Below are positions 1-8,999 of a stretch of DNA of 64,000 nt, piece by piece; the first letter of the stretch is position 1, and the number at the start of each line of letters is the position of its first letter. The stretch covers positions 779 through 64,778 of the forward strand of contig JAPLCM010000114.1 in NCBI GenBank assembly GCA_026392275.1, given 5' to 3'. This DNA comes from Actinomycetota bacterium. GTDB taxonomy: Bacteria; Actinomycetota; Thermoleophilia; UBA2241. Below the pieces are notes generated by a model, which did no database searches, was not told where the DNA came from, and saw only the letters and a list, made by a program, of their open reading frames with translations. The translations under genes and the position numbers were made by a program.

Positions 1-15
1 CCGATGAAAGAGCTG

Positions 16-1554
16 TTAGAGCGTTGAGCCGCCCAGCCAGCCGCGCAGGCTGGCCTCCACGGCTTCGCGGCCGCGCTCGACGCGCGCGTCGAAGCGCACC
101 GGCCGCTCGCGTACGGCCTGCAGCTGCGGCGGCACCGTGGCGCCCGGCGCCAGTTCGGTGACGACGTCGAGCAGGCCGATGTCGGGACCGGCGCCGGGGA
201 TCGGCGCGCCGGCCGGCACGCCGCGCAGGCCGCGGACGACGTCGGCGGCGAACTTGCTCCAGTGCGCGGTGCTCACGATCAGCACCGGAGCGTCCGCGCC
301 GCCGAGCTCCTCGGCGACCTTCCAGGCCACTGCGGTGTGCGGATCCAGCAGGTAGCCGTGCTCACGCTGCACGCGGCCGATGGTCTGCAGACAGGTGTCG
401 TTGTCGACCCAGGCGCCGGTGAACTCGGCTTTGAGTCGCTCTCTGGTGGCGACGTCGACGAAGAAGCAGCCGGACCTCTTGAGGTCCTTCATCCATAGGC
501 GGATGAGGGCGGCGTTACCGCAGAGGTCGAAAAGCAAGCGCTCGAGGTTCGACGAAACGAGGATGTCCATCGACGGCGAAGGCGTCTTGACGAGACCGCG
601 GCCCGAGATGTCGTAGATGCCGGTGGCGATGAAGTCGGCCAGCACCTTGTTGGCGTTGCTGGCGCACAGCAGGCGGCCCAGCGGCACGCCCATATGCCTG
701 GCGTAGTAGGCCGCGAGGATGTTGCCGAAGTTACCCGTGGGCACGCAGACGTCGAGTGGTTCGCCGGCGGCCACTGCGCCGCGCGCGACCATGTCGGCGT
801 AGGCGCTCACGTAGTAGGCGATCTGCGGCATGAGCCGGCCCCAGTTGATGGAGTTCGCCGAGGAGAGCGCCAGGCCGTGGCGGCCGGCCAGTTCCGCGGC
901 GAAGGCGCCGTCGTCGAAGACCGCCTTCACGGCGCCCTGGCAGTCGTCGAAGTCGCCGGCCAGGCGGAACACGGCGAGGTTTTCGCCGGGCTGCGTGACC
1001 ATCTGCAGCTCCTGCAGGGCGCTGACGCCGGCGTCGGGGTAGTACACGCAGATCTTCGTGTGGGCGCGATCGGCGAAGCCGTTGAGCGCCGCTACGCCGG
1101 TGTCACCCGAGGTGGCGACCAGGATGAGGAAGTCGAGGTTGGTCGCGCCTGTTACGTGCGCCTGCTCCAGCGCCTCGCTGAAGAACAGCGGCATGCACTG
1201 CAGCGCCATGTCCTTGAAGGCCAGCGTGGGGCCGTGCCACAGCTCGAGCACGAAGCGCCCCGGGGCGGCTTCGCGCACCGGGGCGACCGCCGGGTCGTCG
1301 AAGTTGTCGCCGTAGGCGGTGGTGGCGATCTCGCGCGTGCGCGCGGCGGAGACATCGAGGCCGAAGGCCTCGTACACACGCGCCGCGCGCTCGCGGTACG
1401 GCAGTGCGGCGAGCGCGACGATCTGCGCGACGCCGAACCGGGGCAGGCGCTCGGGCACGAACAGGCCGCCGCCCGGGGCTATGCCCTCGAGGATGGCCTC
1501 GCTGAAGGTGCGCGAGCGGTCGCTGAGACCGCGGGTGTCCAGGTAGCGGATCAT
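16..1554 (-). CDS. thrC: threonine synthase (long form)
   Basis: ORF 16-1593. N-terminus MIRYLDTRG...GGLFVPERLP and the PLP-lysine motif GPTLAFKDMALQ are typical of threonine synthase. Start placed at Met14 (MIRYLDTRG); Met1 (1593) or Met7 (1575) are possible. Confidence 0.9.
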   Translation of the reverse strand: MIRYLDTRGLSDRSRTFSEAILEGIAPGGGLFVPERLPRFGVAQIVALAALPYRERAARVYEAFGLDVSAARTREIATTAYGDNFDDPAVAPVREAAPGRFVLELWHGPTLAFKDMALQCMPLFFSEALEQAHVTGATNLDFLILVATSGDTGVAALNGFADRAHTKICVYYPDAGVSALQELQMVTQPGENLAVFRLAGDFDDCQGAVKAVFDDGAFAAELAGRHGLALSSANSINWGRLMPQIAYYVSAYADMVARGAVAAGEPLDVCVPTGNFGNILAAYYARHMGVPLGRLLCASNANKVLADFIATGIYDISGRGLVKTPSPSMDILVSSNLERLLFDLCGNAALIRLWMKDLKRSGCFFVDVATRERLKAEFTGAWVDNDTCLQTIGRVQREHGYLLDPHTAVAWKVAEELGGADAPVLIVSTAHWSKFAADVVRGLRGVPAGAPIPGAGPDIGLLDVVTELAPGATVPPQLQAVRERPVRFDARVERGREAVEASLRGWLGGSTL

Positions 1555-1593
1555 GCGCCGGGCATTGTATCGCATGCCGCCGGGGCGCCTCAC

Positions 1594-1628
1594 TTGACAT
1601 TCGGTAACGATGCGTTACGATATATCGT
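1594..1628 (+). promoter_or_regulatory. candidate PadR promoter with overlapping operator palindromes
   Basis: TTGACA (1594-1599), 16 nt, TACGAT (1616-1621), in an unusually AT-rich gap. It is overlapped by the inverted repeat GTAACG-atg-CGTTAC (1604-1618) and the perfect palindrome ACGATATATCGT (1617-1628). An AAAGGA SD precedes ATG 1656. Confidence 0.4.
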
Positions 1629-1655
1629 GTTAGCACGTTATCGGAAAGGAACGAC

Positions 1656-2291
1656 ATGACACGATCCACGGAACATCAAGGCCGCTACGGCGGCCCGGGC
1701 GGTCCTGACGCGCCGAGCGGCTGCCGCTCCCGGCGCGGCGCCGGCCGCCCCCGGTCCGGCCCCGGCGAAGACGGGCCGGCGCGCTTCAAGTTCGGCCCCC
1801 ACGGCCCCCATGGCCCGCACGGTCACGGCCGCGGCCCCTGGTCGAGGGCGCGCCGCGGCAACGTCCGCGCCGCGATCCTCTCGGTGCTCGCGGAGGAACC
1901 GATGCATGGGTACCAGATCATGCAGCGGCTCGAAGAGCGCAGCGGCGGCATGTGGCGCCCGAGCCCCGGCTCCGTGTACCCGACGCTTCAGCTTCTCGAG
2001 GACCAGGGCTTCATCAAGGGCGAGGAGGTCGAAGGCCGCCGCGTGTTCGCGCTCACCGAGACCGGCCGGGCCGAGGCCACGGCGAGCAAAGAGGCCCACG
2101 GCGCGCCGTGGGAGAGCCCCGAGCATGGCGCCGAAGGTCCGCGCTTCAAACTGCGCAAAGGCGTCTTTCAGATCGGTGCCGCGGTGAAGCAGGTGGGCAC
2201 CACCGGCTCGTCCGAGCAGGTCGAGAAGACCCTCGAGATCCTCGCCGAGGCGCGCAAGCGCATCTACGAACTGCTCGCCGCAGGCGAGTGA
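1656..2291 (+). CDS. PadR family transcriptional regulator
   Basis: Winged-helix core RRGNVRAAILSVLAEEPMHGYQIMQRLEERSGGMWRPSPGSVYPTLQLLEDQGFI is classic PadR. It has a Gly/Pro/His-rich N-terminal extension. Confidence 0.85.
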   Translation: MTRSTEHQGRYGGPGGPDAPSGCRSRRGAGRPRSGPGEDGPARFKFGPHGPHGPHGHGRGPWSRARRGNVRAAILSVLAEEPMHGYQIMQRLEERSGGMWRPSPGSVYPTLQLLEDQGFIKGEEVEGRRVFALTETGRAEATASKEAHGAPWESPEHGAEGPRFKLRKGVFQIGAAVKQVGTTGSSEQVEKTLEILAEARKRIYELLAAGE

Positions 2292-2325
2292 CCTACGGCC
2301 GAAGCGCGCGAAAGCCCGCGCCCGT

Positions 2326-2370
2326 GGCGAGGGCGGGGTGGCCGGAAGGGCCACCCCGCCCTCGCCTTTT
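2326..2370 (+). terminator. rho-independent terminator (shared by convergent genes)
   Basis: Perfect 18-bp stem GGCGAGGGCGGGGTGGCC / GGCCACCCCGCCCTCGCC with a 5-nt loop, followed by TTTT (2367-2370). Confidence 0.7.
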
Positions 2371-2390
2371 CGCGGGCAGGAAGCCGGGCC

Positions 2391-4292
2391 TCAGCCTCGG
2401 CGTGCCGGCACGCTCGGCGCGGGCCGCCGGGACACCGCGTTCCTGACCCCCTGCGCGTGCCGCCAGCCGGGGCCCGGCGACGGCCCGCCGAAGCTCCCCA
2501 AGATGGCCTCTCCCTCGTCCGCCGCCTGCAGCACCCGCACGCGACGCGGGTCGATGCCGCGGGCCACGAGGTCGCGGGCGGCCGCCCGCGACGGCGCGAA
2601 CACCTCGTCAAGCATGCCGCAGAACCAGGTGAGGTAACGCCGGCGAGGCAGCGCGGCGTGGAAGGCGCCGGTGACCGGCAGGTGCAGCAGCTTGGCGGCA
2701 AGCAGGGCGACCAGGCCGGCGCCGCCGGCGGTGCTCACGTGGATGGCCGTGAAGTCGTTCTCTTCGAGGTAGTCGAGCACATCGACGATCGGGGGCACCA
2801 CGAGAGGCGGGTCGGTGGCGGTCGCAGGGGGGCGCCAGGCATTGGCCCGGAAGTTCAGGGCGCCGTCATGGCGACCGGTCGGGGCGCTGGTGGACGTGAT
2901 GATCTCGAGTTCGAGGCCGCGCTCCGCCGCAGTCCCCGCCAGCCGGCGGAGGCTCATCGATGCGCTGCCGGTCTCAGCGAGCGGATCGCTGAAGACGGCG
3001 ATCTTCGGGTCCGCAGGGCCCATCGCGAGGAAGTGCCGGCGCAGCCGCTCCTGCGAAGCTCGGTCGCGGCTCTGCAGGCTCCAGGCGATGAAGTACGGGA
3101 GCTGCAGGAAGTGGACCATGCCGACGGCGAAGGCGGACTGCAGCCGGCGTTTGCGACTGAGATGCACGGCGGGATCGAGGAGCGGCTGCAGGTGGAGGTC
3201 GATGACATCGTCAGCGAGCCGCAGCGCCACGATGAAGAGGCGCCGGTTGAGCTCGCGGCTGTCGACGGCGTTGATGCCGTCGGGCGACGCGAGCAGCGCC
3301 CCCAGCTCGCGTTCGAGCAACGCCTCCCAGGCCGGGCCGCGGCCGTCGCCGTCGCGGTAGAGGCCCGGCGCCATGCTGCGCACGCCGCGTACCGCTTTGT
3401 CGAGCACAGGTACATCTCTGCCGATCTTCCCAAATCCCTTGTGGAGGAGATTGAGAGAGCGCCGGCGTGGCGCACTCTCGTCGAGCCGCAGCATCTCGCG
3501 GATCCGCCAGAAGGAGGCGCTGTAGATGCTGTGCGCAAGCAGACGGGCGTCGCCGTCGGCGCCGACCGGCCGGCAGGCGCCCCGCGCGACGGCGTCGAGA
3601 AAGGCCTCCGCGGTGCCGTCTCCGGGGGCTTCCGTGTGCGCGCCGGCCACGAAGAGGCCGGTGTGGTCGTCCGACCCGCCAGTGAGCGCCTTGCGCCATG
3701 GGGTCTCGCCGTACGGCTCGAGGCCCTGGCGCGTCGCCATGTCGGCGAGAGTCTGAGGCGTCAGGGACGCCGCGATCTCGAGCAGCAGACCGTTGCAGCG
3801 GTTCACGCGGGCGCCGTTGCGGCCTTCCAGGACGTTGAAGAGGAGCAGCATGCGTTCGACCGTGTCGACGGTGAGGGTGCCGGTCATGTCGAACAACGGG
3901 TGCGCGAGGTAATGCACCACACCGGCCGCGCGCAGGCAGGCCACCAGGTCGTGGACCGAGGCCCGGGCACGCTCGGCCTCGGCGAACGTGCGCTCGTCGA
4001 TGCCGAGCGCCACCACGTGGACCCGGGTGCCGTCCTCGGGGAACCACGTGTCGAACTCGGTGCTCAGAAACGTGCCGGGCAGGTGGGCGATGGCCAGCGA
4101 GCCGTTCAGCGTGTTGTGGTCGCTGATGGTGACGAAGTCCATGCCCCGGCTGCGGGCGGCCGCGTACACCTCGAGAGGCTCGGCGTACGACTCCCGCCCA
4201 CGCATGGCGCGGATGCCGGCGTGGGTGGGGTTGTCCGAGCACCGCGAGTGGACGTGCAGGTCGGCCCGGTAGGTCGCGCGCGCTTGAGTCAC
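2391..4292 (-). CDS. PHP-domain phosphoesterase fused to the N-terminal half of a GT-B (GT4-like) glycosyltransferase; possibly 3'-truncated
   Basis: The N-terminus ADLHVHSRCSD...DFVTISDHNTLNG is a PHP motif. The C-terminal region KIAVFSD...AIHVSTAGGAGLVALLAAKLLHLPVTGAFH resembles the first Rossmann half of GT4. The ORF ends soon after ARGIDPRRVRVL, and I see no second (EX7E) half. Confidence 0.7.
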   Translation of the reverse strand: MTQARATYRADLHVHSRCSDNPTHAGIRAMRGRESYAEPLEVYAAARSRGMDFVTISDHNTLNGSLAIAHLPGTFLSTEFDTWFPEDGTRVHVVALGIDERTFAEAERARASVHDLVACLRAAGVVHYLAHPLFDMTGTLTVDTVERMLLLFNVLEGRNGARVNRCNGLLLEIAASLTPQTLADMATRQGLEPYGETPWRKALTGGSDDHTGLFVAGAHTEAPGDGTAEAFLDAVARGACRPVGADGDARLLAHSIYSASFWRIREMLRLDESAPRRRSLNLLHKGFGKIGRDVPVLDKAVRGVRSMAPGLYRDGDGRGPAWEALLERELGALLASPDGINAVDSRELNRRLFIVALRLADDVIDLHLQPLLDPAVHLSRKRRLQSAFAVGMVHFLQLPYFIAWSLQSRDRASQERLRRHFLAMGPADPKIAVFSDPLAETGSASMSLRRLAGTAAERGLELEIITSTSAPTGRHDGALNFRANAWRPPATATDPPLVVPPIVDVLDYLEENDFTAIHVSTAGGAGLVALLAAKLLHLPVTGAFHAALPRRRYLTWFCGMLDEVFAPSRAAARDLVARGIDPRRVRVLQAADEGEAILGSFGGPSPGPGWRHAQGVRNAVSRRPAPSVPARRG

Positions 4293-4296
4293 CGGC

Positions 4297-6012
4297 TTAC
4301 TCTACCCCACCGGGGGGATGACCGTCTTCGGCGCCTGGCTTCGCCAGGAGTCGCGCGGCCTCGTCGGCGGCGAACTTGGGCCAGGGCGCCGGAAGACCGC
4401 GCGCAAGCGCGCGGACGCCGGCGCCAACCTCGCTCACCTCGCCGATGACCGTTGCCGCGATGCCCTCGCCGGCCAGCGCCTCGAGCAGGTGCTCGGTCTC
4501 GTCCGGCCGGCAGCAGATCAACAGGCTGCCCGAGGCTATGAGGCCCAGCGGGTCGGCGCCCAGCAGTCCGCAGAGGCGGCGCGTCTCGGGGAGCAGCGGC
4601 ACGCGCTCGTGATGGACGACGATGCCGTGCCCGCAGGCCACGGCCAGCTCGCACAGCGCCGTGGCCAGCCCGCCCTCGGTGACGTCGTGCATGCCGCGCA
4701 CGCCGGCGAAGCCGGCGGCGAGGCGCGCCTCCGGTACGATGCTCATGAGGCCCAGCAGCTCACCGCAGGCAGCAAGTTCGCGCTCTCCCATGCCGAGGGC
4801 ACGAAGGCGCTCGCCGAGTTCCTCGGCGAGCAGCGCCGTGCCCTCCACGGCGAGCGCCTTGGTGAGGATCACCTGGTCGCCGGTCTGCACCTGCCGCTTG
4901 TCGCGCAGGTCCGCCCGGCACATCGTTCCCAGCATCGTGGCGGAGACCACGGGCCGGGTGAACGCGTCGCTCACTTCTGTGTGCCCGCCGACAAGGGCGA
5001 CGCCGATGCTCGTGGCCGCCGCCCCGAGGTCGGCCAGTAGCGCCAGCGCCTCCGACGCGGTGGTCCCGGCGGGCAGCAACACCGTGGTGAGCAGCCAGCG
5101 GGGTACTCCCCCTGAGGCGGCGATGTCGTTGGCGTTCACGAGCACCGCGTACTCAGCGAGGCGGCGGCTCGACAGCGTGATGGGGTCGCCGTGCGCTACG
5201 AGCGTGTCCGCGCCGGCGATGTCCAGGGCGGTCACATCCTCGCCGATGCCGGCGGGGACGAGTACCGATCGGTCGGCCGGCGCGAGGCCACGGAGGTACC
5301 GGCCGAGCAGCTCATTGGGAAGCTTACCGTGGGGCAGAGGCACGCCGAGCCGGACCACGTCGTCGAGATCGGCGAGGCCCTGCACCACGAAGTCGCAGTC
5401 GGCGTCCTCCGGGCGGCCGAGCTCGTGCGCATCGTTGCCGGAAGGCCCCTCGGCGTCGCCGTTGGTCAGGTACGCGGTGAGCGCCCCGGCGGCTCGCCCG
5501 GCCTGAACGTCGAGGATGAAGTCCCCGACCACGAGGGTCTCCTCGGGGGGCACGCCCATCGCGGCCGCGGCGTGCCGTACGCCGTCGGGCGCGGGCTTCG
5601 GCCGGATCCTGTCGTCGCGCGTGACGATGACGTCGAGGTCGCCGGCGTCGAGGTCGCGAAAACGAGACAGCGCCCGCCGGACCGCCGACAGGCCGTTCCG
5701 CGTGAGGACGCCCACCTTGAGCCCCTGCGCGCGCAGACCGCGGATGACACGCTCGGCATCCGCGTTGGGCACGGACTCGGCGGCGGCGTCCAGCTCGAAG
5801 CGTTCCAGCGTGGCCAGGGCACTGTCGCGTTGCGTACCGGGCGGCAGAGCCTCGATCCACTCAAGGACGAGGCTGTCCGCCGGGCAGCCGATCTCGCGCT
5901 TGATGGCCGGGAAGTCGAGGGCGTCCGGGCGCGTGAGTGTGCCGTCGAAGTCGAAGAGCACGGCCCGCAGACGAAACGGCCGCGGACCGTGCCCTGACCC
6001 GGGTCCATGCAT
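4297..6012 (-). CDS. HAD-superfamily hydrolase fused to an AIR-synthase-related (PurM/HypE/ThiL-like) ATP-binding protein
   Basis: HAD motif I is AVLFDFDGTLT, followed by VGVLTRN and VVGDFILDVQAG. The PurM-like core is GEDVTALDI...HGDPITL...NANDIAASGGVPRWLL...GGHTEV...MHDVTEGGLA. Start chosen at MHGPGSG (6012). The gene ends 4 bp before the downstream gene, so it looks like an operon. Confidence 0.75.
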   Translation of the reverse strand: MHGPGSGHGPRPFRLRAVLFDFDGTLTRPDALDFPAIKREIGCPADSLVLEWIEALPPGTQRDSALATLERFELDAAAESVPNADAERVIRGLRAQGLKVGVLTRNGLSAVRRALSRFRDLDAGDLDVIVTRDDRIRPKPAPDGVRHAAAAMGVPPEETLVVGDFILDVQAGRAAGALTAYLTNGDAEGPSGNDAHELGRPEDADCDFVVQGLADLDDVVRLGVPLPHGKLPNELLGRYLRGLAPADRSVLVPAGIGEDVTALDIAGADTLVAHGDPITLSSRRLAEYAVLVNANDIAASGGVPRWLLTTVLLPAGTTASEALALLADLGAAATSIGVALVGGHTEVSDAFTRPVVSATMLGTMCRADLRDKRQVQTGDQVILTKALAVEGTALLAEELGERLRALGMGERELAACGELLGLMSIVPEARLAAGFAGVRGMHDVTEGGLATALCELAVACGHGIVVHHERVPLLPETRRLCGLLGADPLGLIASGSLLICCRPDETEHLLEALAGEGIAATVIGEVSEVGAGVRALARGLPAPWPKFAADEAARLLAKPGAEDGHPPGGVE

Positions 6013-6074
6013 GCTGCGGCTCCTCGTCGAGTCGCTCTCGCCCCGTCGGTCGGCTTGCCCCGTGCCCTGCGCCC

Positions 6075-7556
6075 TCACTGACGGGCGTAGGCCTTGAGAC
6101 ACACGTTGGCATCGGCGCTCTCGGCGTCGGCGGCGAGGTCGAACCACGTGTCGTCGTCGCCGTAGCGCATGTAGCTCTGGCCGGCCCCGGCAACGGCCCG
6201 AGACTCCCATGTCTCGAGCGGCAGTTCGACGGCGATGGGGTAGGCCTCGCCAGGTGCGACGACGCGCACGGCAACGACGAACCTGGCGCGGGCGCGAACG
6301 GCCAGCGGCCTAGTCAGATCGACAGTGACGAACCCGGGGAGAGCCACCGTGCCCGAGCCGCGCTTTCTCAGGGACGCCAGGGTCGCGCCGGCCCACACTT
6401 CGTAGGCCGTACCGGCGACCGGCGCGTAGAAACCGGCGGCGACGATGCGCTCGCGGGCCTTTGCCGTGAACCGGTTGGCGCCCCAGGCGAGCGACGGGTC
6501 GGGTGCGTCCGCGTAGCCCAGGGACATGGTCCAGCCGAGGGTGTCGTGCTGGTAGTTGCGCGCATAGGTGTTCGTCGGGTCGACTCGCGAGTAGCTCGTG
6601 CAATCGTCGAAGGCGAACGAACGGTCGTAGTAGGAGACCCAGAAACAGCCGTCGTCGCCCCATCTGCTGCCCCAGCTGTTGCGCACAAGGAACGCGCCGT
6701 CGCCCGCGGGCACGCCGGCGCTCGAAGCGGAGAACCGATCCGCGGGGAAGGTGTCGTCCCAGCCGACGATGCAGACGCCGTGGTTCTCGCCGACCTCATA
6801 GCCTTCGAACGTCTCCCCGGCGGCGACGTCGCAGTAGTACGTGGCGCCCGCCGTGGGAGCCGCGGCAGCGTCGTACGAGTAGAAGGCGCCTGCCCAGAAC
6901 ATCCCCACACTGAGCGCGCCGTTCTCGACGACCAGTTGCTTGAGGAGGTCGTTGTCGAGAAAGCCGCTGCGGCCGGGCAACATGATCACGCCCTGCACGT
7001 GTTTTCGGGCGGTGTTTGCCCTCGGTGGCGTGGGCGTGCGGTATGGATCGTCGCGTTCGTTGACGGGGCCCGCCCAACGCGTGAGGTAGGCGACGGCCAT
7101 GAAGTCCCAGCCGCCCCAGTTGTAGGGACCCGCGTTGGGGAAGGGTCCGTAGCCGCTGCGCGTGACAAGGTTGTCCTCGCTGAAATCCGCCCGCTGCCCC
7201 GGCATCAGCCGCGACTCGACCGCTGCCAGATTGGCGAACGCCCAGCACGTACCGTAGGCGCCCTGGTCTTTGACGACCGTGAGGCGGCCCAGGGCGCGGA
7301 GGTCGTAGGCCGGCGGCAGCGCGCGGCGCGCGGCTCGTGCCTCCGCGGCCGCGCCGAGATGCACCTCCACCGGGTTCGGCAGCTTGCCGAAGGCGCCGGC
7401 CAGCGGATCGTGGAGAGACTCGACGAAGGCCGTGCTCAGCGGACCCTGCTGGGGGCGCAGAGGCTCGCCGGCGGCGCTGACGCCGGCCGGCCCCCCCACG
7501 ATGAAGAAGGCTGCGACGACGAAGACGAACGCAGCCCGACATGGTGACCTGAGCAT
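6075..7556 (-). CDS. secreted papain-family (C1) cysteine peptidase with a C-terminal extension
   Basis: Signal peptide MLRSPCRAAFVFVVAAFFIVGGPAGVSAA. Catalytic Cys in VKDQGAYGTCWAF, His in GENHGVCIVGWDD, Asn/Trp in VRNSWGSRWGDDGCFWVSY. About 190 aa of unassigned C-terminal domain. An alternative start lies about 48 nt upstream (MEVHS). Confidence 0.85.
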   Translation of the reverse strand: MLRSPCRAAFVFVVAAFFIVGGPAGVSAAGEPLRPQQGPLSTAFVESLHDPLAGAFGKLPNPVEVHLGAAAEARAARRALPPAYDLRALGRLTVVKDQGAYGTCWAFANLAAVESRLMPGQRADFSEDNLVTRSGYGPFPNAGPYNWGGWDFMAVAYLTRWAGPVNERDDPYRTPTPPRANTARKHVQGVIMLPGRSGFLDNDLLKQLVVENGALSVGMFWAGAFYSYDAAAAPTAGATYYCDVAAGETFEGYEVGENHGVCIVGWDDTFPADRFSASSAGVPAGDGAFLVRNSWGSRWGDDGCFWVSYYDRSFAFDDCTSYSRVDPTNTYARNYQHDTLGWTMSLGYADAPDPSLAWGANRFTAKARERIVAAGFYAPVAGTAYEVWAGATLASLRKRGSGTVALPGFVTVDLTRPLAVRARARFVVAVRVVAPGEAYPIAVELPLETWESRAVAGAGQSYMRYGDDDTWFDLAADAESADANVCLKAYARQ

Positions 7557-7767
7557 CCTTCGACCCCTTCCGAGCGACGAGTACTGCTGAGAGTGTACCT
7601 CCATTGCCCGGCAGGCGCGCCCGCTTGCCTCCGCCGGCGTCCCTCCTGTTCTCGCGCCCTGCGCCTCTCGTCGCGGCCCGCGACGGTTACCGGCGCAGGG
7701 CCCTAGGGTAGGACGCACTCATCACGTGCTGACGATCCGGGACACCGGGCGTACCTTGGAGGGGACC

Positions 7768-8205
7768 ATGGCCACGATCTCACTGACCGCTGAGGAATTG
7801 ACGGGCCGCGAGTTGCTCGACGAGACCGGCCGCGACATCGGCGCGATCATCGACCTGTACGTCGATGACGACGGGCGCCCACACTGGCTGCTGGTCGACA
7901 CGGGCTTCTTCCCCAACTTCTTCAGCGTCATCCCGGTCACCGATGTGCTCGTCAGCGGCCGCGGTCTCGAGGTCCACTACACCATGGAGAAGCTCACCGG
8001 GGCGCCGAACAACATGAAGGACAAGGATTACGCCAAACACCGCGAGGGGACTCTGTACGACTACTATCGGCTGGAAGCGCCCGCCTCGGTCGTGGAGGCG
8101 ACCAGGCACGGTCCGGCCGACACGGTGCTGCTTCCACCAAGTGAGCTGTGCCGCTTCTCGACGCTGTCGTGCGACAACTCGCCGACGGAGTTCGACGCGG
8201 AGTAG
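7768..8205 (+). CDS. PRC-barrel domain protein
   Basis: ELTGRELLDETGRDIGAIIDLYVDDDGRPHWLLVDTG is typical of a PRC barrel. A GGAGG SD lies 5 nt before ATG 7768. Confidence 0.7.
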   Translation: MATISLTAEELTGRELLDETGRDIGAIIDLYVDDDGRPHWLLVDTGFFPNFFSVIPVTDVLVSGRGLEVHYTMEKLTGAPNNMKDKDYAKHREGTLYDYYRLEAPASVVEATRHGPADTVLLPPSELCRFSTLSCDNSPTEFDAE

Positions 8206-8223
8206 CCGACGGCACTGCCGGCG

Positions 8224-8523
8224 TCAGCCGCGTCGCGGCCGGCACGCCGGCTTGAACACCAGGTAGGCGATCGGACCGGTGAGCACGCCCGCAAGGCCTC
8301 CGATCAGCCAGTCGCTGCCGTTGGTGAACATCGCGATCACAGCGATCGCCACCGTCGGCGAGCAGATCAGCGCCAGCACGAACGCGTTGCCGCGCACCCT
8401 GAACGGACGCTCCAGGTCGGGCTCGCGCCGGCGCAGCACGACCGCGGTCACGAAGATGAGGATGTAGTGGAACATCATCAGAAAGACGTCGATGACGATC
8501 AGCGTCTCGAAGCGGTAGCGCAC
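8224..8523 (-). pseudogene. remnant: C-terminal ~100 aa (last two TM helices) of an APC-family amino acid permease
   Basis: LRRREPDLERPFRVRGNAFVLALI... matches the conserved APC C-terminal region (LR..P.l.RPFr). The ORF opens only at 8547, so about 350 aa of the N-terminus are missing. Confidence 0.65.
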
Positions 8524-8570
8524 CAGAACGGCGTTGACCGCCGCTGCTCAGACGCCTGCGGCTCCATGTC

Positions 8571-8948
8571 GTGCCGGTCTACGACCACGTGCTCATGACC
8601 GAGCCGCTCACTCCACGGCAGCTGGACGCGATCGGCTGGTCACGCCGGCAGGCGCTGGCGGATGCCGGCTCCATGTTCCACTACTACCGGCTTGGCGACG
8701 ACCAGCGTATCCTCTGGGGCGGCTGGGATGCTTTCTGTCACTACGGCAGCCGCATCGCCGCCGAGATCGAGGAGCGGCCGGGCGTCCAAGCCAAGCTGAC
8801 AGCGCACTTATTCACGACCTTTCTTCAGCTCGAGGGGCTGCGTTTCACCCTCACGCGGCGCTCCACCGCGCACGCCGAGCTTCACGGCAGCTGGCGCAAC
8901 GCCTGGCTGCGCACCCTCGACCGCTTCGGCCTGAGGCTCGACTCATAG
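8571..8948 (+). pseudogene. remnant: C-terminal fragment of an FAD-dependent oxidoreductase (PuuB-like family), also internally deleted
   Basis: PVYDHVLMTEPLTPRQLDAIGWSRRQALADAGSMFHYYRLGDDQRILWGGWDA and the tail NAWLRTLDRFGLRLDS resemble the C-terminal third of actinobacterial FAD oxidoreductases. The Rossmann N-terminus is absent and the ORF opens at 8538. Confidence 0.6.
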
Positions 8949-8999
8949 CTTCGCGTATCCCACCGCGCGGCGCCGCCGTAGAAGCGCTCAAGTCCGCGG

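Noticed and set aside
7701-7708. CCCTAGGG occurs at 7701-7708 and again at 57117-57124, and CCCTAG at about 31836. All are in promoter regions, so I considered a shared operator.
   Set aside because: CTAG is generally depleted in coding DNA, so it concentrates in intergenic DNA. In each case the TAGnnT part fits a -10-like hexamer (TAGGGT, TAGACT, and compare the Rrf2 TAGAGT). Ordinary promoter elements explain them better than a special motif.
8224-8948. A mobile-element insertion as the cause of the truncated genes here and at 22959.
   Set aside because: There is no transposase, integrase, terminal inverted repeats or target-site duplications visible at the junctions. Simple deletions fit better.
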